From a virus, in the IMG/VR virus record IMGVR_UViG_3300027887_000007, positions 46,208-110,207 of that record: a stretch of 64,000 nucleotides of DNA. One strand, given 5' to 3'. The notes under the pieces were generated by a model. It saw only the letters and a list, made by a program, of their open reading frames with translations. It searched no databases and had not been told where the DNA came from. How positions within the stretch are numbered: position 1 is the first letter of the stretch; each line of letters starts with the position of its first letter. The position numbers and the translations under genes were made by a program. This document shows, one piece after another, positions 1 to 9,823 of this stretch.

Positions 1-3000
1 TGTTAACAGGGGTGGTCGGGCGCTGCTCACCCTCCGGCTTTGACTCTCGGTAGGCGTCGAGAACCTTCTTCAGTTTTCTCGGAGAGATCCCGTATGAAGA
101 AAACACGTTGCTCAGGAACTCGAATAGGGAACTCCCCGTCGGTTCGTGTCCGTGCCATGGGTTTGCGACGTACTGCTCCCATGCTTCCTGCTGTGCCTTA
201 GGAAATCGCTTTGCTGCAAATTGAGCCAGCTCCTCGAATCCAAGTGGAAGGTCAAAGCCTAGGAAATTGCCGTCCCTCAGTATCGGGTACTCATCTAGCA
301 CCTGCTGTGGAACCTCGCGCCCGATGCTGAGAGCCTCTTCCACAGCCTTGAAGTGGTGGTCGTCGTAGAGCTCGTTGTGAAACTGAGCCTCTTCAACCGC
401 AAGGGCGAAGTTCCTGACGGCCTGATGGGCGACGTCCTTCGTCAGCGCGAGCTCGTCCGGGCTAATGTCACGCTCGTCAATGGCCGGATCGTTGAAGAGC
501 TGATCGACCTTGTTGTGCCACAGCTCGAACCACTCGGCGAGCTCGATTTCGCTATCAAGCAGGCCTTCTCTTACCCAACCTCCCAGCAGGTGCATCTCAT
601 CTTCCATGCTGGTGATCGTGTTACGGTACTTGAACGTGTAGAGACCGCGATTCTCCGGCCGCAGGAACTTCGGAGCGACCTGGTGGACTAGCGTCATGCG
701 AAGATCGTCGAGCCCACGCTCGAGGACAGTGGGATCCTCGTGCTGCGGGTAGTCGCTCGCGTCGTACTGCTCCCTAGTCATCTGGTGAGGCTCTAGCTTC
801 TGACTGGGCGGGGCGTTCTCGGACTCAGGCGGCGGTCCCGGCAGACCTCCCTGCGCCGCCTCCGAAACCATTGCGGCTATCTCTTCGGCGGTTCCTACGT
901 GGATCCTGATCGGTGTGAGCGGTTTCCCCTCTTTCGCGTTGAACTCGTTACGGAATGCTTGGACCTGACGCGGGACGTCCCACCTCGGAACGACCGCATG
1001 GCCGGCTACGGTCATCGTCCCGTCAGGATTGACCGCCCATACGATTACGCCTGCGTCGGCGTCGGCGTCCTTGGGGGCAACGATTCCGAGGAGCTCATAG
1101 AGCTTCCCGGCGTCAAGCATCGAACTAATGTCGTCCTCGCTGTACGAGTCCGATCGGTAGACGAGGAATCCGTCCTCGACTTTCGGATGGTCGGAGATAT
1201 CAACCAACCGAAGCGGGGGCATGATGTTCCACAGCTCCAGAGAATCCTTCTCCTCGTCGGTTAGCTTCGCCATCGTGGATGCCGCGATAAACACGGCATT
1301 GCGGCTGCCGTTGGCAAGGTTAGCCAACTGCAGTTTGATGGTGTCGGGATCCTCGGGCAACGTCGGCTGAGTAGCCGTCGGCGGCGCCTCCGTCGTTTCG
1401 GGCGGCGGCGGCTCCCCAACCGGAGCGCCCTCGATTGGCTTGCGAACTATCTTCGACTTGGCGGCTAGGTACCCAAGGTTGTCGTTCGCCTGGAATACAT
1501 ACTTCGCCTCTCCGGTTGTTGGGTCGTAGATCAGCTCGCCGTTCTGGTCGTGATCGTATCCATAGATAGCGCCGGCGAAGGCTCCGATCTTTCCGTTCTC
1601 CAGAACGTGATAGAGCGACTGACCGACTCTCTGGTATTTCAGCCCATCTGTTGTAACGAGCTGGTCGCCTTCTTCCATGACCGCAAGGATCGTATGACCC
1701 TGAGCGACGATCTCTCCCTCTGCCTGCATCCGGGCCGACTCGTCACCGGCTAGTGGCTGGGCTTCCATGATCTCTGTCATGCGACGATCCAGCCACGCCT
1801 GTACTTCCATTTCATCAAGACCGTGAAGCATCCCGACTAGGACAGAATCAGCCGGCGTTGCCGCCTCTCTAGTCTCTGGCGGCTTGGTTAAGCCGGGTTC
1901 CTGCGGAGCAACCGTTTTAGGAAGGAGTCCCCGCTCTAGCCTCTCTACCTCAGAAAGCTCCAGCTGCGAGAATTCCTTGCCGAATAGCCGGCGCGAGATT
2001 CGATCCGGGTCGAGTCCAAGGCGACCCATGATCTCGCTGACTCTGGCTACGGCAGCGGTCATTACCGCATCGCCCGGGTACGGTGTATTCGCCGAAGTCG
2101 GAGGAACGAAGGTTCCGTAGATCGCCCGGTAGGAACGCTCGATAGCCAAGAGAGCGCTCTCCGGCAATGTGCTGGAGTCTATCGAGGCCAGAACCTCGGC
2201 CGGGATCGGGTTTCCTGTCTCGTCGAGGTGTGTCCCAATCTCCTGCGCGATCGTCAGTCTCAGGTTGGGATCCTTGTTGTCCCACCATTCAGCCGCAGCC
2301 TTGATCTGCTCATCGGAAGGACCACCGACCGGTTCATTCGGCTCGAGCTGCCTGCGGATCCAGTCGGAAGGACCGGCCGCATCCATTAGGTCAAGGACCT
2401 CCTGCGGAACCGGGGAGACAGGATTGTCCCTGTACTGCGACAAGGTGTCGGAGGCTTGGCCAAGCCATTCGATCTGTGATTCGACGCGGCTGCGCTCCGA
2501 GGCTCTGTCAATGTTTAAGATCAGGTCCTCGCGTTCCCGGCCGATGCGAGCCACGGCGAAGTCGATCTGATTCGGCGTTGGAACTGGGGGCGCCGGCTCA
2601 GGCGGAACACCCTCTACTGGGGGGACGCCGCCTTCTACTGGGGGGACGCCGCCTTCTACTGGAGGGACGCCGCCTTCTACTGGAGGAACACCGCCTTCTA
2701 CTGGAGGAACACCGCCTTCTACTGGAGGAACACCGCCTTCAGGCGCAGCCGGAGGGGGAGTTTCGGCGGGAGGTGTCGGAGCCGGTACAGTAGGGAGAAC
2801 TCCCTTGTGCTTGTCGAGTACCCCGACCAGCACTTGCCGCAGCTCGAGGATGTTCCACTGCGCGATCTCTTCATCCTTGAAGCCGGAGTACCGGAGGACC
2901 CGCATCACCTCGTCCGTCACTCCATGAGGGTTGCCAGTCTCCGCTTTGGCCGGGGCCCGGCGCATCCCACGTTCGAGTGCGTATATGGCGCCCTTTACCG

Positions 3001-5971
3001 CAGTCGGAACCGAGAACGCCGCGATCTCCTGTCCGAACTGATACAGGAAGTCGTCGATCGCTTCTGCTTTGGCAGACATGGGATCCGTGAAGATCCGGAT
3101 CATGGGAGGAGCCTTGTCCCCCTCGCGCAGCTGCCCAATGAGTGGGAGGTTGATCTCCCGCAGGACATCCCCCATCCGCTCTTCAAACCACTCACCGATC
3201 AGCCCGTGCCAAGCCATCTTCTGCTTGAACTTGTTGAAGAAATCGTCGAGCGTCCTAGTGGGGTCGCGTTTGAGCCAGTCGTAGACGATGGCTGACTTCA
3301 ACGCGCCAAGCTTGTTGATCAGGGGCAGCTTGGCGAACTGCTTTACCCAAGGCTCGATGGCTTCTTTGAGTGCCTTCTGAGCGTATTCACCGGGAAGGCC
3401 CATGCGCTCAGTCCAGTTCTCAATGACTTGCTGAGGTAGAGCCTTTACGAGGGCCGGCATGAAGTCGTCGTCCCATCGCTCCAACTGGTCGCGCAATCTC
3501 TGAAGGTTGCTGGGGTCGCCTATTTGGGTGGGCAGTTGGTTCTCAAGAGTCTGCTGGAGTAGCCTCTGCGGCATGACAAGCGTATGCACGGTAGCCGCCG
3601 CAGCGGAAGTAACGGCGGTTCTCGCGGCCTTCATCGCCGCTTTCCCTGTGACCTTCTCGCCGAGTATCGTTGCTTCCTTCTTGGCTAGATTCTCAACCGC
3701 TCTCCCGGCTACCTTCTTGGCAACCCTCTCCATGGCCTGGTCGAGCAGAAGCTTCGTCCCCGTGTACGCCCCCCCGGTAGTAGCGAACTCCAGCGCGTAA
3801 GCAGGCATGTTGGCCGCAATCTCAGCGGCGCCATAGAGGAAGGTCGTGTCTCTTCGGCCCTCCTCCTGTTCCTGTAGAAATCCTTCTATGACTTGAATGT
3901 CATGCGGGGTCTCCCGGTTGTCTCTGATCGCACGGGCGGCCTCGAGGATTTCCAGAGAGTGTGCGGCATCGAAGAGGGGTCCGACAAACGGGGTCAGCGT
4001 CAATGCCTTGCGGGACGGCTCGAACCTGCTCAGGTTCTCGTTGTACTCGAACATCTCCGCTGCGAATGTCTTCAGATCCTTCGGCCCGGTCCCCTTAGCT
4101 TCAGCGTGAGCCCTTTTAATCGCAGCGTCGATACGGCTCTGCCTTCTAGCTTCCGACTCGAACTGCTTTGGATCCATGTCCCCCAGAAGGTTCTCGATCT
4201 GGACGCGATCCCGATTGGCAGTCAACACCGCATCTTCGGGTTTCTGCGTCAGGTCCATCTGTACCGTCTTACCCGGCACAACCCGCTGCGGGGCTTTCAT
4301 GGCTTCGGCTAGGATGTCCCTGACGTTCCCCTGCTGAGCCCGCATCATAATTGGGATCATGCGGGGATCCGTAGAAGAAGCCAGCTGTATCCCTTGCGTG
4401 GCGCCGAATGCCTGTAGGTCGTCGATCTCCTTCTTCTTCTGCCGAGCCCGATCCGACACTTCTTTGAGGTCCGCCACGAGGGCGCTGTACCTCTTCATTT
4501 CAGAATCGTTGGTCTGATCCGGACCGTCTGGAAACTCCTTGGCGAGCTGTTCGTCTGACAGCTTCATCTCGTCGACTATTGCCGTGAGCTCCTGATAGGT
4601 GGAAATCAGCTGGCCTGCCAGATCGGTCTCAAGCGTCGGCGGTCCAAGAATGGACTTCCCGGTAAGAATCTCTGCCGGTTTCGAGATGTCGATCTTCCCG
4701 CCCTCGAACCACGGCTCCCCGGGCTTTACCGGGGCGACGGGAGCCCTGCCCGGAGGTGCCATGTCAGAGGCAAGGGGGGGCTGCTGCGTCATGTCTACGG
4801 CCGGTGGTTGGACCTCCGGCGCGGTCTGTGGGGCCGGCGGCGCTGCTGGAGGAGTACCCGCGGCGACTTGCGGTGGCGCGAAAGGAGTCGGGGGCTGCGC
4901 CAGTCCGGGCTGCGGGACTGGAGGAGGCTCTGTCTTTGCGAGAGACCCGCCCTCAGCTGCCGTTCCGGGGCCAGCGATGCTGTACTCCGGAAGCTTTCCG
5001 CCCTTCATGACGTAGTTCCAGGCGTTCGTGTACGCCCTGCCGCCCTCCACGGGGTCGTGGACCTGTCCCTTGCGCCCGATGTACAGCAAAAGCTCTAGGC
5101 CCTCGAGGCCGAGCTTCTTCCCCTTTTCGTACCAAGGCTTCAGATACTTCAGTGACTTCGGGATGACGTAGTCAGGATCGAACTGCAGGTCGATGGGCTC
5201 GCCCGTCCCCATGCCACCCGGTTCGTTCCACTGGAAAAGACCGCGGCTAGTTCGACCTTTCCCGCCGTCGTTCTGTCTGACCGCTTTCGGGTTTCCACCA
5301 GACTCGCCCATGATGATTGCTCTGGTGATCTCCCTCGGGATTCCGTACTGATCCGAGTATCGGTCGGCCTTTTCCCAGACCGTCTCTTCCTTGGGCTGCG
5401 TTACTGCGCCGGGGATCTTCTGCCTCTGAACCGACGGTACGAACGGTACCGGCGCCCCGAGCTGAGGCGGCGGCGTAAGGGAAGGCTCTTCCTGCGGTTT
5501 AGCGGCAGGAGCCGGCTTTGGAAGAGCTTCCTTGGGTGTCTCTGTGGTTGGGGATCCCAGCGGCCCTGTGACGTCTGGCAACTTGGATTCGATCCACTGC
5601 CCCCACCCCTTGATCCGCTCGCCAAGGCTCTTTTCGGGCGGTGCCTTTGGCTTGTGTTCCTCGTCCCACTTGGCGTAATACTCTTTCCACGAGTTGTAGT
5701 CTCTGCCAAGTACGTCGTCCTGCACGTCCTTGGGAGCCTTGGCGAACCGCTCAGGTTCGATGATATTTAGCAGGTGCCGCCTAGCCCCCGGCGTCAACCG
5801 ATGGAACTCCTCGTTCAGCAGGAGATCCCTTCCCCGCTTGTACTTCTCACGGAAAAGCCTGTTAGCCTCCTCTCGAGATTCCTGTGGCTTTACCGACTGG
5901 ACGCCGCTGGAGAACGTACTGTCTTCCTGCGAGGGATCTAGCTCCTGCGGGTCAACCGGCTGCGTAGCCAT
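1..5971 (-). CDS. Giant internal virion/ejection protein (>1,990 aa, 3'-truncated by the window edge) with an N-proximal lytic transglycosylase (SLT-like) domain
   Basis: ATG at 5971 behind AGGAGAG. The frame is open wherever translated and has no terminated ORF in the track. Translation MATQPVDPQELD...YGIPREITRAIIMGESGGNPKAV...SRGLFQW matches the SLT ES...GLFQ motifs (~5150-5390). It lies after the other ejection genes. Confidence 0.85.
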   Translation of the reverse strand, partial: MATQPVDPQELDPSQEDSTFSSGVQSVKPQESREEANRLFREKYKRGRDLLLNEEFHRLTPGARRHLLNIIEPERFAKAPKDVQDDVLGRDYNSWKEYYAKWDEEHKPKAPPEKSLGERIKGWGQWIESKLPDVTGPLGSPTTETPKEALPKPAPAAKPQEEPSLTPPPQLGAPVPFVPSVQRQKIPGAVTQPKEETVWEKADRYSDQYGIPREITRAIIMGESGGNPKAVRQNDGGKGRTSRGLFQWNEPGGMGTGEPIDLQFDPDYVIPKSLKYLKPWYEKGKKLGLEGLELLLYIGRKGQVHDPVEGGRAYTNAWNYVMKGGKLPEYSIAGPGTAAEGGSLAKTEPPPVPQPGLAQPPTPFAPPQVAAGTPPAAPPAPQTAPEVQPPAVDMTQQPPLASDMAPPGRAPVAPVKPGEPWFEGGKIDISKPAEILTGKSILGPPTLETDLAGQLISTYQELTAIVDEMKLSDEQLAKEFPDGPDQTNDSEMKRYSALVADLKEVSDRARQKKKEIDDLQAFGATQGIQLASSTDPRMIPIMMRAQQGNVRDILAEAMKAPQRVVPGKTVQMDLTQKPEDAVLTANRDRVQIENLLGDMDPKQFESEARRQSRIDAAIKRAHAEAKGTGPKDLKTFAAEMFEYNENLSRFEPSRKALTLTPFVGPLFDAAHSLEILEAARAIRDNRETPHDIQVIEGFLQEQEEGRRDTTFLYGAAEIAANMPAYALEFATTGGAYTGTKLLLDQAMERVAKKVAGRAVENLAKKEATILGEKVTGKAAMKAARTAVTSAAAATVHTLVMPQRLLQQTLENQLPTQIGDPSNLQRLRDQLERWDDDFMPALVKALPQQVIENWTERMGLPGEYAQKALKEAIEPWVKQFAKLPLINKLGALKSAIVYDWLKRDPTRTLDDFFNKFKQKMAWHGLIGEWFEERMGDVLREINLPLIGQLREGDKAPPMIRIFTDPMSAKAEAIDDFLYQFGQEIAAFSVPTAVKGAIYALERGMRRAPAKAETGNPHGVTDEVMRVLRYSGFKDEEIAQWNILELRQVLVGVLDKHKGVLPTVPAPTPPAETPPPAAPEGGVPPVEGGVPPVEGGVPPVEGGVPPVEGGVPPVEGGVPPVEGVPPEPAPPVPTPNQIDFAVARIGREREDLILNIDRASERSRVESQIEWLGQASDTLSQYRDNPVSPVPQEVLDLMDAAGPSDWIRRQLEPNEPVGGPSDEQIKAAAEWWDNKDPNLRLTIAQEIGTHLDETGNPIPAEVLASIDSSTLPESALLAIERSYRAIYGTFVPPTSANTPYPGDAVMTAAVARVSEIMGRLGLDPDRISRRLFGKEFSQLELSEVERLERGLLPKTVAPQEPGLTKPPETREAATPADSVLVGMLHGLDEMEVQAWLDRRMTEIMEAQPLAGDESARMQAEGEIVAQGHTILAVMEEGDQLVTTDGLKYQRVGQSLYHVLENGKIGAFAGAIYGYDHDQNGELIYDPTTGEAKYVFQANDNLGYLAAKSKIVRKPIEGAPVGEPPPPETTEAPPTATQPTLPEDPDTIKLQLANLANGSRNAVFIAASTMAKLTDEEKDSLELWNIMPPLRLVDISDHPKVEDGFLVYRSDSYSEDDISSMLDAGKLYELLGIVAPKDADADAGVIVWAVNPDGTMTVAGHAVVPRWDVPRQVQAFRNEFNAKEGKPLTPIRIHVGTAEEIAAMVSEAAQGGLPGPPPESENAPPSQKLEPHQMTREQYDASDYPQHEDPTVLERGLDDLRMTLVHQVAPKFLRPENRGLYTFKYRNTITSMEDEMHLLGGWVREGLLDSEIELAEWFELWHNKVDQLFNDPAIDERDISPDELALTKDVAHQAVRNFALAVEEAQFHNELYDDHHFKAVEEALSIGREVPQQVLDEYPILRDGNFLGFDLPLGFEELAQFAAKRFPKAQQEAWEQYVANPWHGHEPTGSSLFEFLSNVFSSYGISPRKLKKVLDAYRESKPEGEQRPTTPVN
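2615..2740 (-). repeat. Six tandem 21-bp repeats encoding (EGGVPPV)6 inside the giant protein
   Basis: Minus-strand unit GAAGGCGG(T/C)GT(T/C)CC(T/C)CCAGTA repeated 6 times. Confidence 0.95.
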
Positions 5972-5984
5972 CTATCAGGCTCTC

Positions 5985-7760
5985 CTACTGAAGATCAGCT
6001 TTGGGGGTAACGGGCTTCTGAGCGCCACCCTTGGTTTCTTTGTCGACAAACTTGTTTGCTTTTTCCTCGTCAGTTGGGGCGGGTTTCCCCTCCTGCATGG
6101 CCATCAACGTATCCAAGTCTGGGAAATTGTTGTCTTGCAGGAACTTGTCGACCCCCTTCCTGACCTCACGCTCGAGTCCCGCTGGATCCGTGGCGGCAAG
6201 TCGCATGAGCTGGAGCGGACCAAGCTGCTCATACGCATTAGCGTGAGCTGCCCGTATGACCGAAAGCCGCTGCGCGAGCGTGATCCTCTTGCCATTCAGG
6301 ATCTCGTTCTTTATGGTCTGAGCTTCGTTCATGAGCTTGGTTCTCTCGTTGCGGAGAGAGGCGTAGGTAAGGTCTAGCTCCTGCTTCCCGACCTTCGCTT
6401 TGATACCGCGGAATCGCTGGTCGGCCAGCTGGTGTCGCGCCTCTTCAACGGATACTCCGTAGTTCGCAGCGTATTGAGCCGCGTCCGCATTCTCTTTCTG
6501 GAACTGAGTTTGGGTTGCGGTCGTAAGTGATGCCGGGTAAGGATCTCCTACGTTTTCTCCGGCTGCAGTTGTGGGTTGAAACATCACAACGCCGCTTGTC
6601 GGATCGAGGTACGTTTTGCCCTTGCCCGGACGGTCCCACGGATCGTAGCTGGTACCGGCTAGTGAGAAGCCTTTTCCGGTCATGATGTTGGCTGTGATTT
6701 GCGCCCTCTGTTGCTCTGAGAGCTTGTTCCATCCGTCGCCCATCTCCTTCTTTAGGTCCTCGAGGTCTTGGCGGGCGTACTTCCGCTGTATCTCGCGGGC
6801 GGCGTCTGCCTTATCGGTGGCATCCTGCATTTCCAGTCGTGTCTTCGTCCAGTTCCACTGACTCGGGTACCATTCTGGCTTTGGCGGCATGGCCGCTGCC
6901 AGCCGGGTAATGCTTGCCTTCTGTTCCTGTCCTGCCGGCGTCTGCCCACCGGCTTGTCCCGCAGGCGGTTGTCCCGTGGGCGCTCCCGGCGGCTGACCCT
7001 GTCCTTCCCGCGGGGGCGCTGTCATCTGTGTCGGGACGGTCTGCGACTCAACCTGTCCCATGGTCGTCGGCTGGCCGTAAGCAGGCCCGCCCTCGCGGGC
7101 CATCGGACCTTCGCCCGCGAATCCTTGGGTCGTCCTTCCGCCGCGGAGCGCGGTATCCACTCCTCCGGTAGGACCCATGGTCGTTGGTCGACCATAGATC
7201 GGAGGTTGCGACTGCCCCCGGCCGGCCAGCGGCCCGGCATTCGTAAACCCCGTGGTCATCACTGGAGTTGATGGACCAGCTCCGGGTTCCATCGACGCCA
7301 TACCCGGAGTCATGCTCTGCTCTGGCGGCGGCGTGTTAATGCTTTCCGGACGCCCCTCCGGCTTGGCCGGCTCTTCGGGCGGCTTTGATAGCCCGGTCCC
7401 CGGCTGCCCGGCCATTTGTGTCACAGCGCCGGCCCTGTCTTGAGGAGAGGATGCGCCCTTCCCCTTGCTACCCCCCCTACCGATTCCGAGAAGAAGCCCG
7501 ACCTTCGCCAGCCCGCCGACCTTCTGATTGATCGCTTTCTCGGCGTCAAATGCGGCCTGATGTGCTTGCGCCTCTAGTTCTCTGGCCAGATCGTCGTTAG
7601 CCATCGGGCCTTTGGCGCGTTCCATCTGGGCGTGTTTCATGTAGTCGTCAGACGCCCGCATGAGCGTGTCAAACTGACGCTGCCGTTCCTGATGGCGTTG
7701 GGCGATGGTATCCTGATAGCCCTTCATGAATCCGCCGAAAGCTTCTCCCCATCCGGGCAT
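5985..7760 (-). CDS. Putative internal virion/DNA ejection protein
   Basis: 591 aa; N-terminal GGFMKGY helix, P/G/Q-rich linker, helical C-terminus; lies between the tail genes and the giant SLT protein. Confidence 0.65.
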   Translation of the reverse strand: MPGWGEAFGGFMKGYQDTIAQRHQERQRQFDTLMRASDDYMKHAQMERAKGPMANDDLARELEAQAHQAAFDAEKAINQKVGGLAKVGLLLGIGRGGSKGKGASSPQDRAGAVTQMAGQPGTGLSKPPEEPAKPEGRPESINTPPPEQSMTPGMASMEPGAGPSTPVMTTGFTNAGPLAGRGQSQPPIYGRPTTMGPTGGVDTALRGGRTTQGFAGEGPMAREGGPAYGQPTTMGQVESQTVPTQMTAPPREGQGQPPGAPTGQPPAGQAGGQTPAGQEQKASITRLAAAMPPKPEWYPSQWNWTKTRLEMQDATDKADAAREIQRKYARQDLEDLKKEMGDGWNKLSEQQRAQITANIMTGKGFSLAGTSYDPWDRPGKGKTYLDPTSGVVMFQPTTAAGENVGDPYPASLTTATQTQFQKENADAAQYAANYGVSVEEARHQLADQRFRGIKAKVGKQELDLTYASLRNERTKLMNEAQTIKNEILNGKRITLAQRLSVIRAAHANAYEQLGPLQLMRLAATDPAGLEREVRKGVDKFLQDNNFPDLDTLMAMQEGKPAPTDEEKANKFVDKETKGGAQKPVTPKADLQ

Positions 7761-7762
7761 AA

Positions 7763-8107
7763 CTACCTCCTGCTGGCCTTCCGGCTCGGCTTACGGGCTT
7801 TTGTCAGGCGTTGGACCTTTGAGACGATTTCGGACGGGATAACAACCTCTCCCTTGTGCAGCTTGTACGCCCCGGTCTTGTTGATGCGTCCGCCCTTGCG
7901 TTTTTCTGGGAGAGGTTCCCGAACCACCCGAGAAGGAATCACGGGACCCTCTTGACCCTCCGGCAAGGGCTCCATGGCTTCCTGAGAGTATCTACTACCA
8001 CCCTTGCCGATAGCCTTTTTGAAGCGATCGACGAGGCTCCCGCCCTTTTCTTTTGCCGCGAGACCGGCCGCGGCGCCGCCGGCTAGTCCACCGAGAAATG
8101 CGCCCAT
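7763..8107 (-). CDS. Small basic virion protein with KGGxxxxTGxxxLHKGExV motif
   Basis: 114 aa; Gly/Ala-rich N-terminus, Arg/Lys-rich tail; motif shared with 29834-30169. Confidence 0.7.
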   Translation of the reverse strand: MGAFLGGLAGGAAAGLAAKEKGGSLVDRFKKAIGKGGSRYSQEAMEPLPEGQEGPVIPSRVVREPLPEKRKGGRINKTGAYKLHKGEVVIPSEIVSKVQRLTKARKPSRKASRR

Positions 8108-8125
8108 AACGCCTCCGATATTGGA

Positions 8126-8641
8126 CTACATCATTGCCACAAGGGAACCGACACCCTGGCCGATACCGGCCGCGTTCTGGGCCCCGAGCTGGGCGAGGTT
8201 GGTGTACATGCCGCCCGCACCTTGGAACTGATTGCCGGCTCCTCCCATCGCCCCGATTCCAGACTGGGTTCCGAACTGGGAGAAGGCGCCAAGGCGTGTC
8301 AGGGCGTCGGACCAAGCTGCATTTGCCATACCGGTTTTGGCTCCGGCCTCAGACAGCCTCATGTCTCGCATACTGATATCGCGCAGACCACCCGGCGGGA
8401 GCTCGTTTTTGATCTTGTTGTAGCCGACACCGAACTGGCCTGTCGCCTGATTCATGGCGGGGGCCATCGCCCGCTGCATACTCTGTCCGCCCTTTACGAT
8501 GTCGGACCACGTTCCGCCGGCAAGCTTCCGATAGGGCGAGGTCTCACCCCAGAGCTCCTTCGCCATCCCGGTCATTTCCTTGCCGATGTTGGCAACGCTC
8601 TCGGCCTGAATCCGGGCCGCGCCCATATCCCCTTTACCCAT
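8126..8641 (-). CDS. Putative DNA transfer/ejection (pilot-like) protein
   Basis: 171 aa, rich in Gly/Ala/Met/Gln with a hydrophobic Gly-rich C-terminus; typical position in podoviruses. Confidence 0.6.
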   Translation of the reverse strand: MGKGDMGAARIQAESVANIGKEMTGMAKELWGETSPYRKLAGGTWSDIVKGGQSMQRAMAPAMNQATGQFGVGYNKIKNELPPGGLRDISMRDMRLSEAGAKTGMANAAWSDALTRLGAFSQFGTQSGIGAMGGAGNQFQGAGGMYTNLAQLGAQNAAGIGQGVGSLVAMM

Positions 8642-8643
8642 GG

Positions 8644-9249
8644 CTAGCTCCTAAGCCCGGAGAAGTAGTCTTCAGACGTAAGCTGGGAGACTACCCCGGC
8701 ACATACCTTGCCCTCGTACGTGGTGTAGCGAGGGATCCGGCAGATTTCCTTGAGGCCAAGCCTCTTTACGAAGAGCAAAGCCGCACGGTTAGGCTCCGGC
8801 GTAAGCCCAACCAGCGTGTGCAACCCCAGAAGGTTGAACCAGTAGTCGAACAGGATTTCGTGGCACGGATCGGTGTAGGCCGGCTTCTGGTAGTTCTTGA
8901 AGAACAGGAACGATCCGATCGCCTTGTTGAGCGTCCCGCCGCAGCAGTTCTGTGTCTCTGACAGCCACGCCATTCCAACGACGTCAACTACGCTGTCCGT
9001 CTGCTCGTCCATCAGCGCAAAAACGCTGAGGAAGGTTCTGGGGCTGGACATGAAGTTCATGAACTGCAGGAGAGTCATCTCCGGGTTCTCGTGAAACACG
9101 ATCTCCTGCAGACCGTCTTGGTGAATTCTGAAGTACAGATCGACTAGGCCCTGCTGCGATGTCGACCCGTCATCTACCCTGTACGGGACCAACGTGAAGT
9201 GGCCCCGTCTGAACTGAAAATCCATCTTCTCGGCAACGGCTCCTTGCAT
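8644..9249 (-). CDS. GNAT-fold (acetyltransferase-like) virion assembly protein
   Basis: LHTLVGLTPEPNRAALLFVKRLGLKE resembles GNAT motif B; usual position between tail tube and ejection genes; RBS GGAGGGGAG before ATG 9249. Confidence 0.65.
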   Translation of the reverse strand: MQGAVAEKMDFQFRRGHFTLVPYRVDDGSTSQQGLVDLYFRIHQDGLQEIVFHENPEMTLLQFMNFMSSPRTFLSVFALMDEQTDSVVDVVGMAWLSETQNCCGGTLNKAIGSFLFFKNYQKPAYTDPCHEILFDYWFNLLGLHTLVGLTPEPNRAALLFVKRLGLKEICRIPRYTTYEGKVCAGVVSQLTSEDYFSGLRS

Positions 9250-9294
9250 ATCTCCCCTCCGGCAAAATCCCGTCACTACCGTAACATATTGAAG

Positions 9295-9498
9295 TCAATC
9301 TACTATCTCGAACAGACCGCTGCTCAAATAGGTCTGGACGTCCTCCCGCTTGACCCTCACCCTCTCACCGTAAGTGCCGAACATCCGGCCCGGCCGGTCG
9401 GGCTGTGGGGAGAAGCTGAAAGGACGAAAGGCCTTGTAAGCCATCGTCACGATGTCAGGAAGGTCTGTAAGCCTCTTCTTCTTTCCGCAGCATCCCAT
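9295..9498 (-). CDS. Hypothetical protein (MGCCG start)
   Basis: 67-aa ORF in operon spacing. Confidence 0.55.
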   Translation of the reverse strand: MGCCGKKKRLTDLPDIVTMAYKAFRPFSFSPQPDRPGRMFGTYGERVRVKREDVQTYLSSGLFEIVD

Positions 9499-9504
9499 GT
9501 CGTT

Positions 9505-9816
9505 CTATGGCGTTGGCGTCGGGAGAGGGGCTTTTCCGCCCTTCATGAGGTTGTCCCTGATAGCCTCTGCCGCCTCCTTGCTCTTGATGTATTCCTTCGT
9601 GACGAATTCGGTTGACGCCGCGGTCTGCTGGTTCGCCGGCCCGTTCAGGATCTTGTGACCCCCCATGTCCATGTTGTTGTGCTGGACGACCGGTCCGTTC
9701 ATCGAGTCTATCTTCTCGATTGCCTCGAAGATCCTCTTCAGAATGAAGTTGAGCCTCTCCCATTTGATCCCGTCGGAACCCTTGGGGTCGTAGGATATCT
9801 GGTAGTACTCTGACAT
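9505..9816 (-). CDS. Hypothetical tail-associated protein
   Basis: 103 aa, RBS GGAGG; MDMGGHKILN...AASTEFVTKEY resembles fibre-shaft motifs. Confidence 0.6.
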   Translation of the reverse strand: MSEYYQISYDPKGSDGIKWERLNFILKRIFEAIEKIDSMNGPVVQHNNMDMGGHKILNGPANQQTAASTEFVTKEYIKSKEAAEAIRDNLMKGGKAPLPTPTP

Positions 9817-9823
9817 AACCCTC

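Noticed and set aside
2615-2740. 21-bp repeat as a possible CRISPR array
   Set aside because: Head-to-tail units with no spacers; encodes EGGVPPV in frame.
353-5709. Many short ORFs on both strands in the track
   Set aside because: Shadows of the giant minus-strand gene 1-5971; no motifs, GC-rich off-frame composition.
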